DNA from: a virus
Direction: 5' to 3' (one strand)
IMG/VR virus record: IMGVR_UViG_3300042907_001527
Coordinates: 40,000 to 103,999 of that record
Length of the DNA: 64,000 bases
The notes under the pieces are model-generated. The model searched no databases. It saw only the letters and a list, made by a program, of their open reading frames with translations, and had not been told where the DNA came from. The position numbers and the translations under genes are program-made. Of this stretch, positions 50,796-60,504 are shown piece by piece; the first letter of the stretch is position 1; every line of letters begins with the position of its first letter.

Positions 50796-51496
50796 AATTA
50801 GCAATAATTATGTCAACATACTACCGTAAAGACGGTAGGTCTAATAGTCTCTTAAAAAGAGCATTAGATAGTATTTCAAATCAAACTTATCAAGATTATA
50901 AAATTTTTTTAATTGGTGATAAATACGAAAACAATGAAGAGTTTGAAAATATATGTAAATCATTCCCTTACCCTGAAAAATTATTTTATCAAAATTTAGA
51001 GGTGGCAAAAGAAAGAGATAGTTTTAACAATAAAGTAGATATTTGGAAATTTGGTGGGGTTAATGCAATAAACCACGCAATAAATATTTTAACTAATGAA
51101 GGGTTTAATTATATTGTTAAACTTGACCATGACGATTTTTGGGAAAACAATCATTTAGATTTAATAAATGAATGTATTGAATTAAACAATCCAGCATTTA
51201 TTTGTACAAAAAGTAAATATGGTGATAAAATATTACCTAATATTTCAAACCATGAAAAATACATTAATTTTAAACCATATCCAGAAACTTTAGTTCATTC
51301 CTCAATATGTTTTGATTTAAATCAACTACCCTTAAGATACAGAACTTTGGGGGATAAAAAATGTGGAGATAATTCATCGGACGGATGTTTATATTTTGAA
51401 ATTAGAGAATTGATTGAAGAAAATAATTTAAAATCTATATTAATAAACGAACTTACCTGCACCGTAGAAGGTGATGGTTTTTTTAAAAACAACTAA
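50792..51496 (+). CDS. Glycosyltransferase family 2-like
   Basis: IIMSTY, SISNQTY, LDHDDFW. Confidence 0.75.
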   Translation: MKLAIIMSTYYRKDGRSNSLLKRALDSISNQTYQDYKIFLIGDKYENNEEFENICKSFPYPEKLFYQNLEVAKERDSFNNKVDIWKFGGVNAINHAINILTNEGFNYIVKLDHDDFWENNHLDLINECIELNNPAFICTKSKYGDKILPNISNHEKYINFKPYPETLVHSSICFDLNQLPLRYRTLGDKKCGDNSSDGCLYFEIRELIEENNLKSILINELTCTVEGDGFFKNN

Positions 51497-51519
51497 ACAT
51501 AAATATAAAAACTCTTAAA

Positions 51520-52137
51520 ATGGACAATGAAATTTCTTTTTCAATTGAATCTATAGTTGAAGGTCATCATAAAGTATCTTATCGAGGTATTAAATTAATT
51601 AAAGACCCTTTTGATTATTTACTATATCAGATGATAATAAATGACGTTAAACCTGATTTAATTATTGAAATTGGGACTAATCATGGTGCTTCTGCACTAT
51701 ACATGGCAGATATGTTAGATTTATTAGGTAATGGTACAATCCATACTATAGATGTAATGGGATATCCAATTGACCCATTAATTGTTAATCACTCAAGAAT
51801 TAAAAGATTTTTAGGTGGTTTTGAAAATTACGACTTAAAAAATACTGAGGGATTTAATAATATATTAGTAATTGATGATGGGTCTCACATATATACTCAT
51901 GTTAAAATGACTATGGATAAATTTAAAGATTTAGTTTCAGTTAACTCTTATTTTATTATTGAAGATGGGATATTAAATAATATTGGTCTTGAAAAAGATT
52001 ATGATGGAGGACCACTAAGGGCAATTAGTGAATTTTTACCAAATAACCCTAATTTTCAAATTGATAGAAAGTGGTGTGATTTTTTTGGTAAAAACGCAAC
52101 TTTTAATCCAAATGGATATATTAAAAGAATATATTAA
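51520..52137 (+). CDS. CmcI-family SAM-dependent (sugar O-)methyltransferase
   Basis: KPDLIIEIGT..G.S, IDDGSH, YFIIEDG, GGP, NPNGY. Confidence 0.8.
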   Translation: MDNEISFSIESIVEGHHKVSYRGIKLIKDPFDYLLYQMIINDVKPDLIIEIGTNHGASALYMADMLDLLGNGTIHTIDVMGYPIDPLIVNHSRIKRFLGGFENYDLKNTEGFNNILVIDDGSHIYTHVKMTMDKFKDLVSVNSYFIIEDGILNNIGLEKDYDGGPLRAISEFLPNNPNFQIDRKWCDFFGKNATFNPNGYIKRIY

Positions 52138-52173
52138 CAGGTAAGTTAAATAACATATCTATAACTATAAAAT

Positions 52174-52445
52174 ATGTATTCAGTAAAACAAAATTCAAAA
52201 TGGGACATTCGAATAGATATTCAAACAGATAAACCGTGTGAGTTGTATGTTGACACATTTCCATCAGAACCTAAAAAATGTTACCTTACGTTCAAGAAAA
52301 TTACGAAAGAAGTGTTAAGTACGCTAAGTTCAGAGAAACATTAAGAGACGAAGTAATCGAATTTGTTAAAAATTATGGAAATTGTATCAACAAGATTGAT
52401 AGGTGGATTAGGGAACATGATGTTTCAAATCGCAACCTCCTATAG
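52174..52445 (+). pseudogene. Remnant of an internally deleted gene (possibly a GT10-like transferase)
   Basis: Frame 1 from ATG 52174 reads MYSVKQNSKW...PSEPKK. A different frame from 52278 reads MLPYVQENYERSVKY..., which looks like a C-terminus. The frames meet at AAAAAATGTT. Confidence 0.45.
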
Positions 52446-53157
52446 CGTTTCACTTAGAGATAATAAAGAAATGATTTGTGACACCAGGGACATGCAAATC
52501 CCTCACAAGACATATACATTTTATACCGATAATATTTTTAGAAATATTAAATTTTCGGATAGTGTAATCGATTTAAAAAATATGGGTGAAGGTGGGTTTC
52601 ACTACACACCAATACCAAAGATTGAGGGTAACATTAAATTAATTGGTCACTTCCAAAGTGAAAAATATTTTATAAACCACAAAAATGAAATACTAAAACT
52701 TTTTGAAATTGACGATATTACAAAAAATTATTTGTTAGAAAAGTACGGTGAGATTTTAAATCAAGATACTTGTTCGATTCACGTTAGACGTGGGGATTAT
52801 TTAGGTTTACAAAATCACCACCCAATCCAACCAATTGAATATTACCAAAAAGCAATTAATATTATTGGTGAAGAAAACCATTTCTTAATATTCTCTGACG
52901 ACATTAAATGGTGTGAAGAAAATTTTAGTTTCTTAAAAAATAAAACATTTGTGTCCGACAATTTAGATTACGAAGATTTGTATTTGATGTCGATGTGTAA
53001 TAATAATATATTGGCAAATTCAACATTCAGTTGGTGGGGAGCTTGGTTAAATAATAATGAAAATAAACAAGTAATAATTCCATCCAAATGGTTTGGAGTT
53101 TCCAATTCACATTTAAATACTAATGACTTATATTGTAATAAATGGATTAAATTATGA
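52375..53157 (+). CDS. GT11 alpha-1,2-fucosyl/colitosyltransferase
   Basis: GGLGNMMFQ, GHFQSEKYF, IHVRRGDY, FSDD, NSTFSWWGAWL. ATG 52375 is preferred over TTG 52363. Confidence 0.9.
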   Translation: MEIVSTRLIGGLGNMMFQIATSYSVSLRDNKEMICDTRDMQIPHKTYTFYTDNIFRNIKFSDSVIDLKNMGEGGFHYTPIPKIEGNIKLIGHFQSEKYFINHKNEILKLFEIDDITKNYLLEKYGEILNQDTCSIHVRRGDYLGLQNHHPIQPIEYYQKAINIIGEENHFLIFSDDIKWCEENFSFLKNKTFVSDNLDYEDLYLMSMCNNNILANSTFSWWGAWLNNNENKQVIIPSKWFGVSNSHLNTNDLYCNKWIKL

Positions 53158-54077
53158 CAGTATTAATTACAGGTTCAAACGGATTACTTGGTACCGCGTT
53201 AAAAGAATTATTAGGTGAAGGTCACATATACCACACAAGAAAAGACGCGGATTTAACCGATGAAAAATCAACTAACGATTATATAACACATCATGTTAAA
53301 AACTCAGGTGTTGATACAATAATACATTGTGCCGCAATGGTTGGTGGAGTTCAAGCAAACTCAAACAATAATGAAATTTTTTTTATTGAAAATTATAAAA
53401 TAAATAATAATGTGATTAACTCCTCATTTGAAAATAGGATTAAAAACTTTGTTAATTTATCATCCACTTGCATTTTTCCCGACACTAATATCACATACCC
53501 ATTAACCGCAGACCAAATTGATGTTGCGCCACCACATCCATCTAATCATGGATATTCTTATGCAAAAAGATTATCGGGATATCAAACAAAAATCATCAAA
53601 CAATTAACTGGTAATAATTGGATTACAATTGTACCCACAAACATATACGGACCTAACGATAACTTTCATCCAGACCATAGTCATATAATACCAGGTATTA
53701 TACACAGAGCCAATAATTACAAACAAAACAACGAAGACTTTGTGATATGGGGTGACGGAAGTCCATTAAGACAATTTATACATTCAAAAGATTTGGCAAA
53801 AGTTATTCTATGGGCAATTGATAATTGGAACAGTGAGGTTCCATTTATGGCGGTAAATGATAAAGAACATTCTGTTATGGATATTGTTAAAATTGTTGCT
53901 AAAAAATTTGGTATTCCAAATGACAAATTAATTTTTGATGAGACAAAACCAAGAGGTCAATTTAGAAAACCCGCAAAATCAGACATTCCTAAAAATTACC
54001 AATATATTAACTTAGAACAAGGAATTACCGAAACCATTGAATGGTTTATTAACAATTATAAAACACTTAGAAAATGA
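53154..54077 (+). CDS. fcl: GDP-4-keto-6-deoxymannose epimerase/reductase (Fcl/ColC family)
   Basis: TGSNGLLG, AAMVGG, SSTCIFP, YSYAK, SHIIP, WGDGSPLRQF. Confidence 0.85.
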   Translation: MTVLITGSNGLLGTALKELLGEGHIYHTRKDADLTDEKSTNDYITHHVKNSGVDTIIHCAAMVGGVQANSNNNEIFFIENYKINNNVINSSFENRIKNFVNLSSTCIFPDTNITYPLTADQIDVAPPHPSNHGYSYAKRLSGYQTKIIKQLTGNNWITIVPTNIYGPNDNFHPDHSHIIPGIIHRANNYKQNNEDFVIWGDGSPLRQFIHSKDLAKVILWAIDNWNSEVPFMAVNDKEHSVMDIVKIVAKKFGIPNDKLIFDETKPRGQFRKPAKSDIPKNYQYINLEQGITETIEWFINNYKTLRK

Positions 54078-55234
54078 AAAGAATTGATTTAATTCAAGAC
54101 ACGATTGATAATCAAGACATTGATAATTTAATTGAATGGTTAAAATCTTACCCTCGACTAACTAAAGGGTCTAAAACAATTGAGTTTGAAAATAAATGGT
54201 CTCAATGGTTGGGGTCAAAATATTCGATATTTGTTAATTCAGGGTCATCCGCAAATTTACTTATGTTATATACCTTAAGAGTTCTTAAAAGAATGAAAAA
54301 TAATAAAGTTTGTGTTCCAACATTGTGTTGGGCGACAGACTTGGCACCGGTACTTCAATTTGATATGGAACCATTATTAATTGATTGTAATTTGGATAAT
54401 TTATCTGTCGATTTAACTCATCTTGAAGAAGTGTTTAAAACAGAACAACCGTCAGTATTACTTTTAGTTTCAGTGTTAGGTTTATCTCCTGATATGGATT
54501 CTATTATTGAGTTATGTAAAAAGTATGATGTTATCTTACTTGAGGATAATTGTGAATCACAAGGAACTAAATTTAAAGGGACCAAACTTGGTAACTTTGG
54601 ATTAATGTCATCCTTCTCCACTTATTTTGGACACACAATGTCCACAATTGAGGGCGGAGTCATTTCAACAAACAATGAAGAGATTTATAACACTTTGTTG
54701 CAACTTAGAAGTCATGGTTGGGATAGAGATTTATCTTCAGAAAAACAACAAGAATTAAGAGAGGAATGGGGAGTAAGTAATTTTTCAGCATTATATACTT
54801 TTTACGTACCAGGGTTTAACGTAAGAAGTACTGATTTACAAGCACAAATTGGTATCAAACAATTGGATAAGGTTGATGGGATGATTAATAATCGATATGA
54901 AAACTTTTTGTATTACAAATCTAAGTTAGAAGGTAAAACATGGTTCCCAAAAACTTTTGATGATAGTTATACTTCAAATTTTGCGATTCCATTTATCACC
55001 AAAACTATTGAAGATAAAGAAACTTTAATTAAAGAATTAAGCGAAAATAACATCGCATGTCGGCCATTAATTTCAGGTTCTATGGGAACTCAACCATTCT
55101 ACAAAAAATTATACGGAGAGAACAAATTACCTAAATGTTCAATTATAGACGAGAGAGGGGTATATGTCCCAAATCATGATAAAATGACTAAAGAGGATAT
55201 TGACAGAGTTTGTGATATCTTATTAAAATATTAA
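54074..55234 (+). CDS. colD: ColD-like GDP-4-keto-6-deoxymannose 3-dehydratase (PLP, His in place of Lys)
   Basis: VNSGSSANL, EDNCES, FSTYFGHTMSTIEGG, RSHGW, and no E1-type Cys cluster. Confidence 0.75.
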   Translation: MKRIDLIQDTIDNQDIDNLIEWLKSYPRLTKGSKTIEFENKWSQWLGSKYSIFVNSGSSANLLMLYTLRVLKRMKNNKVCVPTLCWATDLAPVLQFDMEPLLIDCNLDNLSVDLTHLEEVFKTEQPSVLLLVSVLGLSPDMDSIIELCKKYDVILLEDNCESQGTKFKGTKLGNFGLMSSFSTYFGHTMSTIEGGVISTNNEEIYNTLLQLRSHGWDRDLSSEKQQELREEWGVSNFSALYTFYVPGFNVRSTDLQAQIGIKQLDKVDGMINNRYENFLYYKSKLEGKTWFPKTFDDSYTSNFAIPFITKTIEDKETLIKELSENNIACRPLISGSMGTQPFYKKLYGENKLPKCSIIDERGVYVPNHDKMTKEDIDRVCDILLKY

Positions 55235-55237
55235 TAT

Positions 55238-56026
55238 ATGTTAAAATTCTTTAAACCTCCAAGAGATAGTGGAACTCATCAACGGGGATATTTTTCATAT
55301 ATTACCGAAGCGGTTGTCCATATACATAATGTATTATTAAATCACCCAAATGAAAAATTAAAAATTTATTATGACCTGTCTAATATTCAGGGATATGGTA
55401 ATCAAAACATTTACGAGGCGTGTTTCATTCAAGATGAAAATGATTACTTAACCAATATTAATGAATATTCTAATATTGAATTGGTTAATTATATATCAAA
55501 ATTAAATGCTTATGAAAGTGAGACACTTACTGAAGAAAATTTAAAAATGTGTGAATCAATAATTAAAGACAATTTTATTTTAAACGATGAAATGAAACAA
55601 TTATTATCATCAAGACATTCTCAAATTGATTTTACAAAAACAATAGGGTTCCATAGAAGAGCTACTGATATGGCAACAGTACATAACCTATCAACTATAG
55701 ATTTATCAGATATCTTTAATATATTAGAACAAGAAGAATTTGAAAACGTGTTTTTAATGTCAGACAATTTAAAAGATTTAAATGAATTCAAAAAAAGATA
55801 CGGAAACAAATTAATCACTTTTGATGAATTTACATCATCAAAATTTGATGATAACCCATTTTTTAAAGTCGAGAATGATGAGGAGTCAATTAAACAACAT
55901 ATACGAGAGATTGTTTTTGGGGCCTATACATTAGGGATGACAAAAAAGTTGATTTGTACTAAATCAAATTTATCTACCTTCTCAATATTTTCAAACTCAA
56001 AATTAAATTACAAAAGATTAAATTAA
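55238..56026 (+). CDS. NodZ/GT23-like GDP-deoxyhexose transferase
   Basis: Fucosyltransferase motifs GFHRRATD, VFLMSD and ICTKSNLS. Confidence 0.65.
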   Translation: MLKFFKPPRDSGTHQRGYFSYITEAVVHIHNVLLNHPNEKLKIYYDLSNIQGYGNQNIYEACFIQDENDYLTNINEYSNIELVNYISKLNAYESETLTEENLKMCESIIKDNFILNDEMKQLLSSRHSQIDFTKTIGFHRRATDMATVHNLSTIDLSDIFNILEQEEFENVFLMSDNLKDLNEFKKRYGNKLITFDEFTSSKFDDNPFFKVENDEESIKQHIREIVFGAYTLGMTKKLICTKSNLSTFSIFSNSKLNYKRLN

Positions 56027-56027
56027 C

Positions 56028-57008
56028 ATGGTAACAAAAATTGCATTAATTACAGGAATAAACGGTCAAGATGGTTCTTATTTGGCGGAATTTTTACTTG
56101 AAAAAGGATATGAAGTTCATGGTACATTAAAACGAAATTCTGTCGCAGAAAATCAAACGGCAAGATTGGACAATATCTTTGAAAAAATTAATTTACACTA
56201 CGCAGATTTAACAGATTTGTCTTCATTAATATCTGTAATACAAAAAACACAACCAGATGAAATTTATAATTTGGCTGCCCAATCACATGTAAGAATTTCA
56301 TTTGACCAACCAATTTACACCGCACAAGTTACTGGTGTTGGCACATTAAATATGTTAGAAGCGGTTAGGTTAATTAAACCCGATGCAAAAATTTACCAAG
56401 CGTCGTCATCCGAAATGTTTGGTAATTCGATTGATTCTGATGGATTTCAAAGAGAAACAACACCAATGAATCCTGTTTCACCTTACGGATGTGCTAAAGT
56501 GTATTCGTATAATATTTGTAAAAACTATAGAAACTCATATGACATGTTTATTTCTAATGGTATTTTATTTAACCACGAATCACCAAGACGAGGTACAAAT
56601 TTTGTAACTAATAAAGTGGTTAAAGAAGCGGTTAAAATTAAATTAGGATTATCTAACAAATTGGCATTAGGTAATTTAGACGCCACAAGAGATTGGGGAC
56701 ATGCTAAAGATTATGTTGAGGCGATGTGGATGATATTACAACTTGAAACTCCAAATGATTATGTATGTTCTACAGGAGTATCTCACACAGTTAAAGAATT
56801 GTGTGAATATGTTTTTAGAAAATTAGATTTGTCATACCAAGACTATATTGTTTTGGATGAAAAATTTTTAAGGCCTGAAGAATTAAACGATTTAAAAGGA
56901 GACAACTCAAAACTTAAAAAACATACTGGTTGGGAACCAACATATACTTTTGAATCAATGCTTGATGAAATGATTGAGTATTGGTTAAAGTACTACAGTA
57001 AAAAATAA
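56028..57008 (+). CDS. gmd: GDP-mannose 4,6-dehydratase
   Basis: TGINGQDGSYL, LAAQSHV, QASSSE, SPYGCAK, NHESPRRG. Confidence 0.96.
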   Translation: MVTKIALITGINGQDGSYLAEFLLEKGYEVHGTLKRNSVAENQTARLDNIFEKINLHYADLTDLSSLISVIQKTQPDEIYNLAAQSHVRISFDQPIYTAQVTGVGTLNMLEAVRLIKPDAKIYQASSSEMFGNSIDSDGFQRETTPMNPVSPYGCAKVYSYNICKNYRNSYDMFISNGILFNHESPRRGTNFVTNKVVKEAVKIKLGLSNKLALGNLDATRDWGHAKDYVEAMWMILQLETPNDYVCSTGVSHTVKELCEYVFRKLDLSYQDYIVLDEKFLRPEELNDLKGDNSKLKKHTGWEPTYTFESMLDEMIEYWLKYYSKK

Positions 57009-57025
57009 AATTTTAAATTAAAATA

Positions 57026-57775
57026 ATGGCAACAAAACCAACTAGAAAATCACCGACACCAACACCACTATCAGAAGAAAGAAGTTCAAGAACAAAAAAA
57101 GAAATTATTTGTTCAATCATAAAAAGAAAAACTAAAGAAAAGTTTTTAACCCAAACTCAAAAAAGTTATTACGATGTTTTGACATCAAGTGAGGTAACTA
57201 TTTGTTCAGGGCCAGCAGGTGTAGGTAAAAGTTATATTACAATGAAAGCGGCAATTGATTTATTGTCAGACCCAAATACACCTTATGAAAAAATTATTAT
57301 TGTGAGACCCGCAGTTGAAGCTGAAGAAAAATTGGGTAGTTTACCTGGAAATGTAGAAGAAAAATTAGACCCTTATATATTTCCATCTTATTATTTGTTA
57401 AATAAAATTATTGGAAAAGAAACCAGAGAAAAATTAAAAGAACTTGAAGTTATTGAAGTTTTTGCTTTGGCATTTATGAGGGGTATGAATATTGACAATT
57501 CAATATTAATATTTGAAGAAGGTCAAAATGCAACACCAAGTCAAATGAAACTTCTATTAACAAGGATTGGATTTAATAGTAAGTTCTTTATTTCTGGAGA
57601 TGTTGAACAATCTGATAGATATAAAAACAAAACACACAGTGGTTTATGGGACGCTATTGAAAAATTTAGAGATTCTAATCACATTTCCACTTTTGAATTT
57701 AAAGATAAAAAAGACATAGTTAGAAATCCTTTGATTAGTAAGATTTTAGACAAATACGATAACGAAACAGAATGA
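57026..57775 (+). CDS. phoH: PhoH-like ATPase
   Basis: GPAGVGKS, RPAVEA, LAFMRG, LLTRIG, DIVRNPL. Confidence 0.93.
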   Translation: MATKPTRKSPTPTPLSEERSSRTKKEIICSIIKRKTKEKFLTQTQKSYYDVLTSSEVTICSGPAGVGKSYITMKAAIDLLSDPNTPYEKIIIVRPAVEAEEKLGSLPGNVEEKLDPYIFPSYYLLNKIIGKETREKLKELEVIEVFALAFMRGMNIDNSILIFEEGQNATPSQMKLLLTRIGFNSKFFISGDVEQSDRYKNKTHSGLWDAIEKFRDSNHISTFEFKDKKDIVRNPLISKILDKYDNETE

Positions 57776-58368
57776 AAATTGCGATAGAATTAAACGGAGT
57801 ATTAAGAGATACTTTAAAAAAAATACAACAAGAGTATGAAAAATGGTACCTTGAGAATCCTTTTAAAGAAGATGAGGAAAAATCTGAATATGAAGTAATT
57901 TCAGATTTAACAACTTTAGATATATCAAAACATCTTAAATTTAAAGATGAAGATGAATTATATAATTTTTTATATAAAGAACATACTATGGAAATTTTTG
58001 GTCATGCAGGTTCAGTTGAACATTCTAGTATGATGGATTTTAATGATTTTTATTTAGATTTGAGAGATTCTCACGATATTTTAATCGTTTCGGATGAAAT
58101 GGGTAAATCAAAACCAGCGTCTTTATTTTTCATTTCAAAATTTGGTTGTTTAGTTGAATCTGTTAAATTTTATAGTGAATCAACAATTAATTCGCTTTGG
58201 GATTCAATAGATGTTTTACTTACTGCAAATCCTAGTCTATTATTAAATCATCCGAAAGATAAAACAGTTATTAAATATGAAACATTATATAATAAAGACA
58301 TTAATGTTAAACATTATATAACAAATTTTAAAGAATTAAAAACAAAAATAAAAGAGATATATGATTAA
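57772..58368 (+). CDS. 5'(3')-deoxyribonucleotidase-like HAD protein with a degenerate motif I
   Basis: KIAIELNGVLRD in place of DxDGV. Confidence 0.55.
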   Translation: MKIAIELNGVLRDTLKKIQQEYEKWYLENPFKEDEEKSEYEVISDLTTLDISKHLKFKDEDELYNFLYKEHTMEIFGHAGSVEHSSMMDFNDFYLDLRDSHDILIVSDEMGKSKPASLFFISKFGCLVESVKFYSESTINSLWDSIDVLLTANPSLLLNHPKDKTVIKYETLYNKDINVKHYITNFKELKTKIKEIYD

Positions 58369-58642
58369 AGTATTAGGAGAAAATTATTATTTTGATTTAG
58401 ACAGAGTTGAGGAATACTTAGATATGTCAAATGACATCTTTGATGAGGAATATACCGGCTCAACAGAAATAAAAATTAATATAGTAAAATTTGAAATAGT
58501 TAAAATGTTAATGGATACTATTTTAACAGAACATGAAGAAATTGACGAAAAATTAGGAATAAAATCAAGTACAAACACTAGTATACCATTTAGGTTAGCT
58601 TTTAATAGCCTATTAAATAAAAAACTTATAAATCACTATTAA
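58361..58642 (+). CDS. Hypothetical protein
   Basis: 93-aa ORF within the operon. Confidence 0.7.
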   Translation: MIKVLGENYYFDLDRVEEYLDMSNDIFDEEYTGSTEIKINIVKFEIVKMLMDTILTEHEEIDEKLGIKSSTNTSIPFRLAFNSLLNKKLINHY

Positions 58643-58643
58643 T

Positions 58644-59696
58644 ATGGAATTATCTTTAAACGAAAAAGTAAAACAATCAATTCAAAATTTAAAAAATAAA
58701 AAATCGAGAATATATTTCTTAGTACAAGATACTAAAGGAAACGCGAAAGCATCGGTTAGATTAATTTATCAGACAGCAAAAGTTCTTTTAGATTCCGGAT
58801 TTAACCCTATCATTCTTCATGAAAAAAATGACTACTCAGGCGTAGTTGCTTGGATGGATGAAGAATATATGTTAATCCCGCATAAATCAATTGAGGGTCA
58901 AAATTTAGAAATTTCTCCTGAAGATTTTATTGTTGTACCTGAAATTTTTGGTTTTATTATGGAACAAATTAAAAATTTACCTTGTGGTAAAATTGTGTTA
59001 ACTCAAAATTATTCTAATATTGTTGAAACATTACAACCAGGACAAAGCTGGTCCCAATACGGATTTTTTAAGTGTATTACAACTAGTAAACAACAACAAG
59101 AATATATTGAAAACGTAATGAGACAAACTAGTTTTGATATAATTAAACCTTTAATTACGGATAGTTTTTATCCAAAACTTTTACCACCGATGCCAATTAT
59201 TGGTGTTCACACTAAAGAACAAGAAGATACTATTAATATAATTAAAACTTTTTATTTAAAATTCCCACAATACAGATGGTTCACATTTAGGGATTTAAGA
59301 GGTCTTTCTGAAAAAGAATTTTCAAATTCGTTACGTGATTGTTTTGTTAGTGTATGGATAGACGAAAAAAGTGGATTTGGTACATTTCCATTAGAATCTA
59401 TGTCATCAGGAGTACCAGTAATTGGTAAAATACCTAATATGAGACCTGAATGGATGACTGAAGATAACGGTGTTTGGATTACAGACCCAACAATGATTTG
59501 TGATTTTATCGCAGACTTTATTCAAAATTGGTTGGAGGATAACATTAAACCTGAACTTTACGAAAATATGAAAAAAACAACCGAAAATTACACAAATAAA
59601 CAAGAATTTGATTCTACAGTTACCTCACTATTTCAAGAGTATTTAAACATAAGAGCAAATTCATTTGAAGAACAAATATCTAAAACCGAAGAATAA
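58644..59696 (+). CDS. GT-B (GT4-like) glycosyltransferase homologue
   Basis: VVPE and SGFGTFPLESMSSGVPVIG. Confidence 0.7.
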   Translation: MELSLNEKVKQSIQNLKNKKSRIYFLVQDTKGNAKASVRLIYQTAKVLLDSGFNPIILHEKNDYSGVVAWMDEEYMLIPHKSIEGQNLEISPEDFIVVPEIFGFIMEQIKNLPCGKIVLTQNYSNIVETLQPGQSWSQYGFFKCITTSKQQQEYIENVMRQTSFDIIKPLITDSFYPKLLPPMPIIGVHTKEQEDTINIIKTFYLKFPQYRWFTFRDLRGLSEKEFSNSLRDCFVSVWIDEKSGFGTFPLESMSSGVPVIGKIPNMRPEWMTEDNGVWITDPTMICDFIADFIQNWLEDNIKPELYENMKKTTENYTNKQEFDSTVTSLFQEYLNIRANSFEEQISKTEE

Positions 59697-59697
59697 T

Positions 59698-60504
59698 ATG
59701 AGCAATAAATTATCACTATCCGTTATATTACCAATTAAATCATCAAAAGTTAAAGATTTTGAAGAGTATTTTGAGAAAGCTATCACATCAATCAACGCAC
59801 AAACTGTTGAGATTGAAGAATTAATTATTGTTCATTCATCTGAAGAATCATTAGTTAATTTTTTAAATGATTATGATTTTGGAACATTAAATGTTGTAAA
59901 ATTATTATGGGACAAAAAATTAAATTATTGTGACCAAGTAAATTATGGTATTAGTAATTCAAAAGGAGTTTGGGTTTCATTATTTGAATTTGATGATGAG
60001 TATTCGTCAATATGGTTTAAAAATGTTAAAAAGTACGCTGAGTCATTCCCTCAAGTCCAAGCGTTTTTACCTGTAGTTGTTGAAACAAATGAACAAGGGG
60101 TGTTTGCCGGATTTACAAATGAGGCCACATTTGCAGCCAATTTTAGTCAAGAAATAGGATTTCTAACAAATGACACATTACAAAATTATCAAAATTTTCA
60201 AACAGCAGGATGTGTAATTAAAAAATCGGTTATTGAAGATTTTGGAGGATTTAAATCATCAATTAAATTAACTTTTGTTTATGAATTTTTATTAAGACTA
60301 ACATATAACTCTGTTTCAATTATGACAATTCCAAAACTTGGTTATAAACACACCAACATGAGAGAAGGTTCTATTTTTTGGAATTACAAATTTGGTGAGG
60401 AAAAAATGATTGAGGATGAAGTTTCATTTTGGATTCAAACAGCAAAAAAAGAATATTTCTTTGTTGAGGATAGAAACATAAAATACCAATTAGACAATGA
60501 TTAA
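59698..60504 (+). CDS. Glycosyltransferase family 2-like
   Basis: LSVILPI, FEFDD, YEFLLRL. ATG 59698 follows the previous stop and is preferred over 59665. Confidence 0.7.
   Translation: MSNKLSLSVILPIKSSKVKDFEEYFEKAITSINAQTVEIEELIIVHSSEESLVNFLNDYDFGTLNVVKLLWDKKLNYCDQVNYGISNSKGVWVSLFEFDDEYSSIWFKNVKKYAESFPQVQAFLPVVVETNEQGVFAGFTNEATFAANFSQEIGFLTNDTLQNYQNFQTAGCVIKKSVIEDFGGFKSSIKLTFVYEFLLRLTYNSVSIMTIPKLGYKHTNMREGSIFWNYKFGEEKMIEDEVSFWIQTAKKEYFFVEDRNIKYQLDND

Noticed and set aside
42429-60504. Glycan cluster as a bacterial O-antigen/capsule locus or chimeric assembly
   Set aside because: It has no wzx, wzy, wzm or priming transferase, and it is interleaved and translationally coupled with phage-type genes of similar composition.
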